From assembly GCA_021799485.1 (NCBI GenBank), contig JAJZAK010000003.1:29813-93812 (forward strand): DNA of 64,000 nt, in the 5' to 3' direction. Source of the stretch: a bacterium. GTDB lineage: Bacteria; Elusimicrobiota; Elusimicrobia; UBA1565; UBA9628. Both the position numbers and the translations under genes were made by a program. Below, piece by piece: positions 42,098-51,612 of this stretch. Each line of letters starts with the position of its first letter. Positions within the stretch are counted from its first letter, which is position 1. The notes beneath the pieces are model-generated. The model was not told the DNA's origin. It did no database searches and saw only the letters and a program-made list of their open reading frames with translations.

Positions 42098-42873
42098 GGG
42101 CCTCGCGCGTGTCGATCGAGCTGAAAAGCCCCTCCGAGATCGCCGCCATGCGGCAAGCGGGCAAGATCGTCGCCAATATCCTGGAGAAGCTCGCAGCCAT
42201 GGTCAAACCAGGCATTCGGACCAGCGATCTTGACGATGCGGCCCTGGAAATGCTCAAATCATACGAAGCCAGGCCCGCCTTTTTGGGTTACCGCGGTTTT
42301 CCGAAGACCTTGTGCGTTTCGATCAATTCGGAAGTAGTGCATGGCATACCGCGGCCCTCGCGCCTCGTTAAAAGCGGCGACGTGGTGAGCCTCGACTTCG
42401 GATGCATATGGAACGGATTTTATGGAGATGCGGCATTGACGGTGGGAGTCGCCCCTGTGTCGAAGGAGGCTTCCCGCCTCATTGAGACCGCGCGGCGGTC
42501 TCTCGATGCCGGAATCGCGGCCATGCGGCTGGGCGGGCGCGTCGGCGATATATCGAATGCGGTCCAGGAGGACGTCGAGTCCAATGGTTTTTCCGTGGTG
42601 CGGGACTTCGTCGGGCATGGTATCGGCCGGGCTCTGCACGAGGAGCCCCAAGTTCCCAATTTCGGCAAAAGCGGGACGGGACCCCGCATTGAGACCGGGA
42701 TGGTCTTGGCGATAGAGCCCATGGTGGCCGCGGGGTCGGGGGACGTCGAGGTGCTGGCGGACGGGTGGACGGCCGTGACCCGCGACGGCGGCTTGGCCGC
42801 CCATTTCGAGCACACCGTCGCCATGACGGACAAGGGCGCCGAAATTTTGACCCTGCCGGGACCGCTCGCTTAG
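42094..42873 (+). CDS. map: Methionine aminopeptidase type I (start 42094 or 42109)
   Basis: VVHGIP, GHGIG..HEEP, AIEPM, AHFEHT. Confidence 0.97.
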   Translation: MRASRVSIELKSPSEIAAMRQAGKIVANILEKLAAMVKPGIRTSDLDDAALEMLKSYEARPAFLGYRGFPKTLCVSINSEVVHGIPRPSRLVKSGDVVSLDFGCIWNGFYGDAALTVGVAPVSKEASRLIETARRSLDAGIAAMRLGGRVGDISNAVQEDVESNGFSVVRDFVGHGIGRALHEEPQVPNFGKSGTGPRIETGMVLAIEPMVAAGSGDVEVLADGWTAVTRDGGLAAHFEHTVAMTDKGAEILTLPGPLA

Positions 42874-42874
42874 A

Positions 42875-43090
42875 ATGGCCAAAGAGGACAAAATTGAGGT
42901 CGAAGGCGCCATCCTCGAGGCCTTGCCCAACGCCATGTTTCGAGTCGAGATCCAGCCGGGGCGCGTCGTTCTGGCCCATATTTCCGGCAAAATGCGAATG
43001 CACTACATCAAGATTCTTCCCGGAGACCGCGTGAAACTCGAGCTTTCTCCATACGATTTGACCCGAGGACGGATTACCTACAGAATTTAG
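42875..43090 (+). CDS. infA: Translation initiation factor IF-1
   Basis: [25 protein letters not shown]. Confidence 0.99.
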   Translation: MAKEDKIEVEGAILEALPNAMFRVEIQPGRVVLAHISGKMRMHYIKILPGDRVKLELSPYDLTRGRITYRI

Positions 43091-43104
43091 AGGTTCTATC
43101 AACG

Positions 43105-43218
43105 ATGAAAGTCAGAGCCAGCATCAAGCCCATCTGCCAAAAGTGCAAGGTGATCAAGCGCCAGCGTGTCGTGCGCGTCATCTGCGCCAATCCCAAGCAT
43201 AAGCAAAGGCAAGGATAA
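43105..43218 (+). CDS. rpmJ: 50S ribosomal protein L36 (below ORF-track cutoff)
   Basis: Manual translation [37 protein letters not shown]. Confidence 0.98.
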   Translation: MKVRASIKPICQKCKVIKRQRVVRVICANPKHKQRQG

Positions 43219-43229
43219 GGAGGACCGTC

Positions 43230-43649
43230 ATGGCGCGTGTCGCGGGAGTGGATTTGCCGAAGAACAAGAGGATTGAGATCGCCCTTCGCTACTTGAACGG
43301 CGTGGGGCCGGCGGTGTCCAGGGAGATACTTGAGAAGCTCAACGGGGCCATTTCTCCCGACGTCCGGGTCAAGGATTTGAGCGAAAGCCAGGTGGGCCTC
43401 TTGAACAGTCTCCTCGCCAAGGAGTACAAGGTCGAGGGAGAATTGCGCCGCGCCTTCCAGGCGGACATCCAGCGGCTCTATGACATCAACTGTTTTCGAG
43501 GCTTCCGGCACCGCCGCAATTTGCCGGTCCGCGGCCAGAGGACGCGCACGAACGCCCGCACCCGCCGCGGCCGCCGAAAGACCATCGGTTCGGGCGCCAG
43601 GCCCGTGGCCCAGGCCAAGCCCGCGGCCAAACCCCAAGGAGGAGCGTAA
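43230..43649 (+). CDS. rpsM: 30S ribosomal protein S13
   Basis: [25 protein letters not shown]. Confidence 0.98.
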   Translation: MARVAGVDLPKNKRIEIALRYLNGVGPAVSREILEKLNGAISPDVRVKDLSESQVGLLNSLLAKEYKVEGELRRAFQADIQRLYDINCFRGFRHRRNLPVRGQRTRTNARTRRGRRKTIGSGARPVAQAKPAAKPQGGA

Positions 43650-43655
43650 ACAGCC

Positions 43656-44072
43656 ATGCCAGGTCCCACGCCGACGGCGCCAGCGCGGCCCCAGCCGCAC
43701 CAAGGCAAGAAAAAAAATTGGAGATCGCTCGCCTTCGCGCGCATGCACATCCAGTGCTCCTTCAATAACACGATCATTTCGATGACGGACGACCGCGGGG
43801 AGGTTCTCTATTGGGCCTCCGCCGGCAGTTGCGGCTTCAAGGGCACGAAGAAGGGGACCCCCTACGCGGCGGGCGTCACGGCGGCCAAGGTCGCCAAGCG
43901 CGCGCTTGAGTTGGGAGTCAAGCAGGCGGCGGTGTTTATGAAGGGACCCGGGCCGGGCCGGGAGACGGCGGTGCGCTCCCTGGGCACCGCGGGGCTCCTG
44001 ATCGTGAGCATCAAGGATGTCACCCCGCTGCCGCACAACGGCTGCAGGCCGCCCAAGGCGAGGAGGGTTTAA
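43656..44072 (+). CDS. rpsK: 30S ribosomal protein S11
   Basis: SFNNTI, GFKGTKKGTPYAA, DVTPLPHNGCRPPK. Confidence 0.98.
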   Translation: MPGPTPTAPARPQPHQGKKKNWRSLAFARMHIQCSFNNTIISMTDDRGEVLYWASAGSCGFKGTKKGTPYAAGVTAAKVAKRALELGVKQAAVFMKGPGPGRETAVRSLGTAGLLIVSIKDVTPLPHNGCRPPKARRV

Positions 44073-44078
44073 GGATTT

Positions 44079-44705
44079 ATGGCGCGTTATTCAGGGCCCG
44101 TTTGCAGGCAGTGCCGCAGGGAGCAGACAAAGCTCTTTCTGAAGGGCGAAAAGTGCCACACCAAATGCGTGCTTGACCGGCGGCCGACTCCTCCGGGGCA
44201 GGCGAAGCCGGCTCGCGGCAAGCCGTCCTCGTATGCGATCCGCCTGCGCGAGAAGCAGAAACTGCGGCGCATGGCGGGCATCACGGAAAAGCCGCTGCGG
44301 CGCCTCATGGAAGCCGCTTCGAAAAAGCCCGAAGCGACGGGCGAGCAGCTTTTGCGGGGCCTCGAACTCCGCCTGGACAACGTGGTCAAGCGCTCCGGCA
44401 TCGCGGCGTCCCTCAAGGGCGCGCGGCAGTTCGTGCTGCACAGGCACGTCCTGGTCGGCGGACGGCCGATCAATGTCCCGTCCTATGTCCTCAAGCCCGG
44501 CGACGTGGTCAGCTGCGCTCCGGCGCTCAAGGATAACGTCGGCGTCAAGCTGAGTTTGGAGACGGCCAAGCGCCTCGCCAACCGGCCCGGCTTCCTCGAG
44601 TTCGATGAGGAAAAGATTTCGGTCAAGGTCCTGAGGGCGCCGGAACGCTCGGAGATGTCCTGGCTGGTCAACGACCAGCTCATCGTGGAGTACTATTCCC
44701 GTTAA
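44079..44705 (+). CDS. rpsD: 30S ribosomal protein S4
   Basis: MARYSGPVCRQCRRE, LREKQK, LELRLDNVV, IVEYYSR. Confidence 0.98.
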   Translation: MARYSGPVCRQCRREQTKLFLKGEKCHTKCVLDRRPTPPGQAKPARGKPSSYAIRLREKQKLRRMAGITEKPLRRLMEAASKKPEATGEQLLRGLELRLDNVVKRSGIAASLKGARQFVLHRHVLVGGRPINVPSYVLKPGDVVSCAPALKDNVGVKLSLETAKRLANRPGFLEFDEEKISVKVLRAPERSEMSWLVNDQLIVEYYSR

Positions 44706-44723
44706 TTCATCGAGGAGGACAGC

Positions 44724-45698
44724 ATGGCGTATAAAGAACTGATTCTGCCGCAGAAACTCAATGTCGAGGAGAAGACGCTGTCGGCGTCCTACGCGAAATT
44801 CGTGGCCGAGCCTTATGAGCGCGGCTACGGGCAAACGATCGGCAACGCCCTCCGGCGCATCCTCCTCTCCAGCCTCGATGGCGCCGCGGTTTCCGCGGTG
44901 CGGATCGCGAAGGTCTCGCATGAATACGCGGCCCTCCCCGGAGTCCGGGAGGACGTCATGAACATCCTTCTCAACTTGAAGAAGGCCCGCTTCAAGATGT
45001 TCACAAGCGGCCCCGAGATGATCTACCTTTCGGCCTCCAAGCCTGGCCCCGTGATGGCCGGCATGATCCAGGGCAATTCCAACATCGAGGCCGTCAACCC
45101 CGACCTCGTGCTGGCGCATCTGGAGCCGGGGGGAAAGCTGGACATGGAAATCGAGATCTCCAAGGGCCGAGGCTACGCTTCGGCGGAGGAAATCCGGGCC
45201 CGTCAGGAATGGCCGAGCGGCTTCCTCCCCGTGGACGCCCTCTTCTCCCCCGTCACGAAGGTCCACTACGACGTCGAGAACGCGCGGGTGGGCCAGGTGA
45301 CGGACTACGACCGCCTCATCCTCGAGATTTGGACGGACGGCTCGATTAATCCCGTGGAGGCCTTGCTCCAATCGGCCAAGCTCATGCGGGAGGCCCTCAA
45401 CATCTTCCTTCCGGAGGAAGAGGCTCAGGCGGAGGAATCCGCGGAGGCGGTCGCCGTGCCCGCGGGCGCGGGCGACGGAAAGCTTCAGGAATTGCTCGGA
45501 CGCTCGATTGACGCGATCGAACTCTCGGTGCGCGCCTCTAATTGCCTTAAGGTCGCCAAGATCCGCACGATCGGCGAGCTCGTGGCGAGGACCGAGGAGG
45601 AGCTTCTCGGCGTCAAGAATTTCGGGCAGAAGTCCCTTGATGAAATCAAGGATCGCTTGAAGGACATGGGACTATCGCTCGGGATGCGGGCGGCATAA
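44724..45698 (+). CDS. rpoA: RNA polymerase alpha subunit
   Basis: ERGYGQTIGNALRRILLSS, WTDGS, LSVRASNCL, NFGQKS. Confidence 0.99.
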   Translation: MAYKELILPQKLNVEEKTLSASYAKFVAEPYERGYGQTIGNALRRILLSSLDGAAVSAVRIAKVSHEYAALPGVREDVMNILLNLKKARFKMFTSGPEMIYLSASKPGPVMAGMIQGNSNIEAVNPDLVLAHLEPGGKLDMEIEISKGRGYASAEEIRARQEWPSGFLPVDALFSPVTKVHYDVENARVGQVTDYDRLILEIWTDGSINPVEALLQSAKLMREALNIFLPEEEAQAEESAEAVAVPAGAGDGKLQELLGRSIDAIELSVRASNCLKVAKIRTIGELVARTEEELLGVKNFGQKSLDEIKDRLKDMGLSLGMRAA

Positions 45699-45710
45699 GG
45701 GAGGACCTCC

Positions 45711-46055
45711 ATGACCAAGCAGATGGGCGGACGCAAGCTGGGGGTGGTCTCCTCCCATCGCCGGGCGCTTCTTCGGAACATGGCGACGAGCCTGTTTCAT
45801 CACGAGAGGATCACGACCACCGTCGCCAAGGCCAAGGAGCTGCGGCCCTTCGCCGAGCGGATCATCACGCTCGCGAAGTCCGGTTCCCGCGTCGGAGTCT
45901 ACCGGGACATCCAGGACCGGGTCGTGCGCCGCAAACTTTTTGACGTCCTGGCCGTCCGTTACAAGGAGAGACCGGGCGGCTACATGCGCATCCTGCGTCT
46001 GAGCCCGCGGCAGGGCGACAATGCTCCCGTTGGCCGAGTTGAGCTGATAAGCTGA
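45711..46055 (+). CDS. rplQ: 50S ribosomal protein L17
   Basis: HRRALLRNM, ITTTVAKAKE, RPGGYMRI, GDNAP. Confidence 0.97.
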   Translation: MTKQMGGRKLGVVSSHRRALLRNMATSLFHHERITTTVAKAKELRPFAERIITLAKSGSRVGVYRDIQDRVVRRKLFDVLAVRYKERPGGYMRILRLSPRQGDNAPVGRVELIS

Positions 46056-46067
46056 TCCTGTAATCAG

Positions 46068-47117
46068 ATGTTTGACGCTCTTTTCAGCCTCTTCTCCAAC
46101 GACATGGGGATCGATTTGGGGACCGCCAATACCCTGGTCTATGTGAAGAACCAGGGCATTGTCCTGCGGGAGCCCTCGGTCGTCGCCATCCAAAGAGAGA
46201 CCCGAGAGGTCGTGGCGATCGGCGCCGACGCCAAGCGCATGCTGGGGCGCACGCCCGCCTCGATCATCGCTGTGCGCCCCCTGCGCAACGGCGTGATCGC
46301 GGACTTCGAGGCGACGCAGGAGATGATCAAGTATTTCATCCGCAAGGTTCACAACAGGCGGGCTCTCCTGCACCCGCGGATCGTCATCGGCATCCCCTCG
46401 GGCATCACGGAGGTCGAGCGGCGCGCGGTCCAGGAATCCGCCGAACAGGCCGGCGCCCGCGACGTGGTATTGATCGAGGAACCGATGGCGGCGGCGATCG
46501 GGGCGGATCTGCCAATCGAGGAGCCGCACGGGAACCTCATCGTCGACATTGGAGGCGGGACGACGGAAGCCGCGGTCGTCTCTTTGGGCGACATGGTCGT
46601 CTCCAAATCCCTGCCGGTCGCCGGCGACGAGATGGACGAGGCCATCGTCCAACATTTCCGCCGGAAGTACAATTTGGTCATCGGGGAGACAAGCGCCGAG
46701 GAAGTCAAGATCCAGATCGGCTCCGTTTTTCCCTTGAAGGAGGAGAAGGCCATGGAGGTCAAGGGCCGAGATCAGGCCACGGGACTTCCTAAGACGGTTT
46801 TGATCACCTCGGAAGAAGTCCGCCAGGCTCTTATGGAGCCGGTCCATTTGATCATTGACGCGGTCAAGAGCACCCTGGAGGAGACGCCGCCGGAGCTTGC
46901 CGCCGACTTGGTGGACCGTGGCATCATGCTGGCGGGCGGGGGCTCCCTTTTGAGGGGCCTTCCAGAGTTGCTCCGTCAGGAAACGGATCTGCCCGTGCAT
47001 CGAGCGGCGGATCCCTTGAGCTGCGTCGCGGTAGGAACAGGGAAGTTCTTGGAGGAACTTGACCGCATTAGAAACGGCAATTCCGGCCCCGTCGGCTCCT
47101 ACCGCGGCCGGCGTTAG
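46068..47117 (+). CDS. mreB: Rod shape-determining protein MreB
   Basis: [32 protein letters not shown]. Confidence 0.98.
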   Translation: MFDALFSLFSNDMGIDLGTANTLVYVKNQGIVLREPSVVAIQRETREVVAIGADAKRMLGRTPASIIAVRPLRNGVIADFEATQEMIKYFIRKVHNRRALLHPRIVIGIPSGITEVERRAVQESAEQAGARDVVLIEEPMAAAIGADLPIEEPHGNLIVDIGGGTTEAAVVSLGDMVVSKSLPVAGDEMDEAIVQHFRRKYNLVIGETSAEEVKIQIGSVFPLKEEKAMEVKGRDQATGLPKTVLITSEEVRQALMEPVHLIIDAVKSTLEETPPELAADLVDRGIMLAGGGSLLRGLPELLRQETDLPVHRAADPLSCVAVGTGKFLEELDRIRNGNSGPVGSYRGRR

Positions 47118-47147
47118 ACGCACCGCTCCCTAGTCGTTGAGGGCGCG

Positions 47148-47163
47148 CCTGCCGGCAGGCAGG
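47148..47163 (+). repeat. Short palindromic repeat variant, mreB-mreC gap
   Basis: CCTGCCGGCAGGCAGG (same element without the TTCC loop). Confidence 0.55.
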
Positions 47164-47205
47164 ATTTGCGGCGGATCGTGTATCCGCCTAGGAAGAACAA
47201 CGCCA

Positions 47206-48054
47206 TTGCTGTCCCAATTTCGCCAGACGCGGCTGATCCACTACACTCTCGCCGTATTGACCGCGGCGTCAGTCGTGATCCTGTCCTTGCCGCTTGCGGC
47301 GCCGGTGCGGGCCTTGCGCGCGGCGCTTCACTACGCGGTCGATCCGATGGCCTATTCCGGTTTCGTGGGAGTCTCGGAGCTGAGGGGCGTCTCCAGGCGC
47401 TTGATCAACCTTGTGGACGCCGCGAAGGACAATGAGATCCTGCGCCGGCGGCTCGCGGAGATGGATTTGATGGGCACCCGGTTGCAGGGGCTGGAAAAGG
47501 AGAACGCTAGGCTCCGGGAGGAACTTAAACTTAAACTTCCTGCCGCGGAACGAGGGCTCTGGGCGCATGTCCTCGAAAAGGAGCCTTTCCGCTGGTATCA
47601 GGATGTTGTGATCGATGCGGGGGAGACTCGGGGCGTGAAGCTCAATGCCCCGGTTTTCGCGCCGAGCTCCCAGGGACTCGCGGTCGTCGGGCAAGTCGTC
47701 GAAGTCCGCCCCGAGACCTCCGACGTCCTGCTTATCACCAATTCCATGTCCGCCGTGGCCGCTTACGTCTCCTCGGAGGCGGTGAGCGGGCTCGTGCTCG
47801 GGCAGGGGGGCTCCATCCTCAAGATGCTCTACCTGCCGCCGGGATCGGCTCCGGCCGTGGGCCAGCCGGTCTACACCTCGGCCGTAAGCCCGACCTTTCC
47901 CGCCCATATGCTCATCGGGGCGGTCGCGAGCGTGGGGGCGCCGGATCGGCGGTACGGCTTCTTGAGCGCGGATGTCGTTCCCGCGGCGGCCCCGCAGGGC
48001 TTTTCCGAGGTCCTGGTGCTTCTCCCGCGCGCCGGCTATCCGGGGAAAAGTTGA
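47206..48054 (+). CDS. mreC: Rod shape-determining protein MreC (start uncertain, TTG)
   Basis: N-terminal TM, coiled coil (ENARLRE), IDAG, VGQV, VYTS; position after mreB. Confidence 0.88.
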   Translation: MLSQFRQTRLIHYTLAVLTAASVVILSLPLAAPVRALRAALHYAVDPMAYSGFVGVSELRGVSRRLINLVDAAKDNEILRRRLAEMDLMGTRLQGLEKENARLREELKLKLPAAERGLWAHVLEKEPFRWYQDVVIDAGETRGVKLNAPVFAPSSQGLAVVGQVVEVRPETSDVLLITNSMSAVAAYVSSEAVSGLVLGQGGSILKMLYLPPGSAPAVGQPVYTSAVSPTFPAHMLIGAVASVGAPDRRYGFLSADVVPAAAPQGFSEVLVLLPRAGYPGKS

Positions 48055-48536
48055 TGGGTCCTCTGGGCTGGGTCGCCATCTTCGCCTCGGCGCTTGTGGG
48101 CCAATGGGTGTGGGCGTCGGAGTTCCCGTTTTTTGGATATTCTCCGCAGCTTGTTCTCGTCGCCACGGTGGCGCTGGCGGCGCGCCGCGGCCCCTTGGCG
48201 GCCATGGCGGCCGGCTTTTGGGGAGGCCTCCTCGGCAACGTCGGCAGCCGCCAGCTCTTCGGCATCGACGCCCTGGCGTTCGTATGGATCGCTTACGGCG
48301 TTTGGATTCTTTCGAAGAACGTGGATACCACCCGCCTTCTGCCGCAATGCGCCTTGACCATCTTCATGTCGTGGGCCTACGCCGTTCTCGCTATCGTCGC
48401 GGGCTTGGCTTTCGCCGGAGCTCCCCAATGGCCCGGTTGGGCCGGTTGTTTCGTGGTTCCGCTTTATAACGCGATCGCCGCCGCGGCTTTATTCGAGATC
48501 CTCAGTCGGGCCGAGAAACGCCGGGGACTGCGATGA
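48054..48536 (+). CDS. mreD: Rod shape-determining protein MreD
   Basis: Hydrophobic 160 aa protein between mreC and PBP2. Confidence 0.82.
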   Translation: MGPLGWVAIFASALVGQWVWASEFPFFGYSPQLVLVATVALAARRGPLAAMAAGFWGGLLGNVGSRQLFGIDALAFVWIAYGVWILSKNVDTTRLLPQCALTIFMSWAYAVLAIVAGLAFAGAPQWPGWAGCFVVPLYNAIAAAALFEILSRAEKRRGLR

Positions 48537-50275
48537 AAACGGCCGACCGCATCGAGACATTGTGGGGGATCATCGTCTTGGGCGCCGCCATCGTTGGGTT
48601 CAAGCTCTTCGACTTGCAAGTCATGGAGCATGCCGCCTATTGGGGCGCGGCGGAGCGCAACCGCGTCCAGGTGATCTACGAGACCGCTCCCCGCGGGCGC
48701 TTCTTCGACCGAAACGGCGTCTTGCTGGCGTCGAACCGCCTTTCTTTCGCGTTGGTTTATGTCCCGCGGGAAAAGGCGGCCGAGTCGGAGCTTGCCTCCC
48801 TATCCCGAGCGCTGGCTCTGGAGTTGAGGGTGAAGTCCGGAGACATCCTCGATAAGCTCAAGGAGGCGCAGAGGGAGGAGGCGACCATCCGCCTGGCCGA
48901 AGACATCCCCTTGAGGGAAATGTTCCGCCTTTCGGAACTCAAAGCAAGACACCCGGGCCTCTATCTCATCAACGACGCCCAGCGCGACTACCCGAACGGC
49001 AGCCTGGCGGGCCATCTCCTTGGTTATTTGGGGAAAATGGACCCGAAGGCATGGAGGCTGTTCAAGAGGCTGGGATACCGCATCGATTCCAGAGTGGGAC
49101 GCTTTGGTTTGGAGAAAGTCTTCGAGGACGTCCTTCGAGGACAGGACGGAGGCATGGATCTCGAAGTGGACGCCCGGGGCAGGTTGCAGAGGATTCTTGG
49201 CCGACGGGAAGGAGTGCCCGGCAACGACGTCTATCTGACGATCGACTCCGCGGTTGAACGTGCGGCCGCCGAGGGCTTGGCGGCGAGCCCCACCCGCCGC
49301 GGCGCCGCGGTGGCGATCGACCCCGGCACCGGCGCCCTGCTGGCTCTCGTCTCGGCGCCGGAATTCAATCCCGGGGATTTCCTCGCCAAGGAGGCGGCGC
49401 CGGGGAAAATCTCGGAGTTCGACCGGGCCATCAGCGGGACCTATCCTCCGGGTTCGACGTTTAAGATCGTTGTCGGCGCCGCCGGGCTCAACGAGGACAA
49501 ATTCAACGTCACGGACAAAGTCCTCTGTAAAGGGTTTTTCGAGCTTGGCAACAAGATCTTCCTGTGCTGGAAGCACTCGGGCCACGGCCTCATTTCCTGG
49601 TACCGTGCCGTCGCCCAGTCTTGCGACGTCTATTTCTACGAGATGGGCCTTCGAACGGGAGCCGAGCTTATCGAGGGCTACGAACGGCGTTTCGGCTTCG
49701 GAAGCAAGACGGGGGTGTCGCTCCCCGGAGAGGCCGCGGGGAAGCTCGCCGGGCCGGATGCGCTGCCGCGGGGAAGAAGGCGCTGGCGGCAAGGGGACAC
49801 CGTCAATCTTTCGATCGGCCAGGGGGGCCTCCTGGCGACGCCTCTGCAATTAGCGGACATGATCGCCGCCGTCTCGCGGCGAGGGGAGCGTTGGAGGCCC
49901 TACTATACGGATAGGATCGTCTACGCGGGAGAGCTGGGCACCTACCGCCAGGAACCCCACCGCCTGGGAACAATCGATCTCAAGCCGCGGGTATGGGATG
50001 ATCTGGAGAAGGCGCTCTCCTTGGTGGTGTCGTCTGGCACGGCGCCCGCGGCGGCTGTTCCGGGCCTCGACGTGCGGGGCAAGACCGGGACCGCGCAGAA
50101 CCCGCATGGCCGCGATCACGCTTGGTTCGTCGGCTATGCGTCGCGCCCAGGGAAACCGGCCCGAATCGCGGTCGCCGTCCTCGTCGAAAACGGCGGACAC
50201 GGCGGAAGCGTCGCGGCGCCCATTGCCAGGGAAATGTTCAAGGCCGCCTTCCGGGCGCCGGCGAAATCGTCATGA
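48533..50275 (+). CDS. mrdA: Penicillin-binding protein 2
   Basis: APRGRFFDRNG, YPPGSTFK (SxxK), SCDVYFY, KTGTAQ. Confidence 0.95.
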   Translation: MKTADRIETLWGIIVLGAAIVGFKLFDLQVMEHAAYWGAAERNRVQVIYETAPRGRFFDRNGVLLASNRLSFALVYVPREKAAESELASLSRALALELRVKSGDILDKLKEAQREEATIRLAEDIPLREMFRLSELKARHPGLYLINDAQRDYPNGSLAGHLLGYLGKMDPKAWRLFKRLGYRIDSRVGRFGLEKVFEDVLRGQDGGMDLEVDARGRLQRILGRREGVPGNDVYLTIDSAVERAAAEGLAASPTRRGAAVAIDPGTGALLALVSAPEFNPGDFLAKEAAPGKISEFDRAISGTYPPGSTFKIVVGAAGLNEDKFNVTDKVLCKGFFELGNKIFLCWKHSGHGLISWYRAVAQSCDVYFYEMGLRTGAELIEGYERRFGFGSKTGVSLPGEAAGKLAGPDALPRGRRRWRQGDTVNLSIGQGGLLATPLQLADMIAAVSRRGERWRPYYTDRIVYAGELGTYRQEPHRLGTIDLKPRVWDDLEKALSLVVSSGTAPAAAVPGLDVRGKTGTAQNPHGRDHAWFVGYASRPGKPARIAVAVLVENGGHGGSVAAPIAREMFKAAFRAPAKSS

Positions 50276-51594
50276 GACGCGACATCGATTGGATCTTTTG
50301 GGGCAGCCTTATCTTGCTCGTGGCGTTCGGCGTCGCCGCTGTCGCGTCCGCGGCGAGCCCGTTGCCTCACTACGGCCGTGTTTTGAGCCGCCAGTTCGAG
50401 GCCTTGGGCGTCGGGTTTCTCGTCTTCGGTTTGGCGTGGCGCTGGCCCTATCCAGTCTACCAGGGCCAAGCGAAGGCGATCTACGCGGCGTCGTTGGCGT
50501 TGCTCGTCCTTGTATTGATCGTTGGGACCTCGCACAAAGGCCATCGCTCCTGGATTGAGTTTTTCCACATCACTCTGCAGCCGTCGGAGTTGGCGCGCGT
50601 GGGCTTCATCATCGCCTTGGCCGACTACCTTTCGCGACGGGAAAAGACCGTAAGCCGCCCTGAAGTGGTGGGAGGGGCGATCCTGCTCGCGCTTCCCGTC
50701 CTCCTTTTAATCCTCAGGGAGCCCGACGTCTCCTCCGCCTTGACTTTCGTTCCGATCATCTTGGCCATGCTCTTCTGCGCGGGCGCCAAACCCGCGCATC
50801 TGGTGGGATTTCTCTTGTGGGGAGCGGTCGCTGGAAGCTTGGTCCTCGCGGATCTCTTCTACGAGGCCCGCTATTCGGGCGGCGATTACGCCCCCCGCGC
50901 GATGCTTTTCTTCCTGGAGGCGTTCCATCGCGTCGGTCCTTTCCTTGCCTTTCTCGCCATGCCCTTCGCGGCCGCGGCCCTCTGGAGACGGCTCGCGGAG
51001 TTCCTGGGGGCTAGGCTCCCGCTGGCGAAGGCCCTGCGTTGGGCCGCGATCGTCGCGGTTGGATTTCTCTGCGCGGTCGCGTCGGTGCGGCTCCTCAAGG
51101 ACTACCAAAGGCGGCGATTCCTGGCCTATCTGGCGCCTCACTCCCGAGCGTCCGGGGCGGCGTATCACGCCCAGCAGTCGAAGATCGCCGTCGGGTCGGG
51201 GGGGGTGATCGGGAAGGGCCTCTTTAGCGGCACGCAGTCGCGGCTCGGCTTTTTGCCCGAGCGCCACACGGATTTCATCTATGCGGTCATCGGCGAGGAA
51301 ACCGGCTTTGTCGGCTCGATGAGCCTTTTAGCCCTCTATCTTCTGCTCATCCGCCGAATCCTCGCCGCCGCAAAGACGGCTCCTGACCGCTTCGGTTCGC
51401 TCGTTTGCAGCGGAATCGCGGCGATGATGGGCTTCGAATTTTTAGTGAACGCGGGAATGTGCGTCGGCTTGAATCCCGTCGCGGGGCTTCCGCTGCCGTT
51501 GGTGTCCTACGGCGGTTCGAGCCTCCTGGCGACTTTTTGGGCGCTTGGGATCGTGGCCAACGTTTATTCCCGAAGACTAAGAATGGAATTTTAA
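50272..51594 (+). CDS. rodA: SEDS glycosyltransferase RodA
   Basis: QPSELA, GSGG..GKG, LPERHTDFI, PLVSYGGSS. Confidence 0.95.
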   Translation: MRRDIDWIFWGSLILLVAFGVAAVASAASPLPHYGRVLSRQFEALGVGFLVFGLAWRWPYPVYQGQAKAIYAASLALLVLVLIVGTSHKGHRSWIEFFHITLQPSELARVGFIIALADYLSRREKTVSRPEVVGGAILLALPVLLLILREPDVSSALTFVPIILAMLFCAGAKPAHLVGFLLWGAVAGSLVLADLFYEARYSGGDYAPRAMLFFLEAFHRVGPFLAFLAMPFAAAALWRRLAEFLGARLPLAKALRWAAIVAVGFLCAVASVRLLKDYQRRRFLAYLAPHSRASGAAYHAQQSKIAVGSGGVIGKGLFSGTQSRLGFLPERHTDFIYAVIGEETGFVGSMSLLALYLLLIRRILAAAKTAPDRFGSLVCSGIAAMMGFEFLVNAGMCVGLNPVAGLPLPLVSYGGSSLLATFWALGIVANVYSRRLRMEF

Positions 51595-51612
51595 GGCCTG
51601 AAAGGGGGAACG

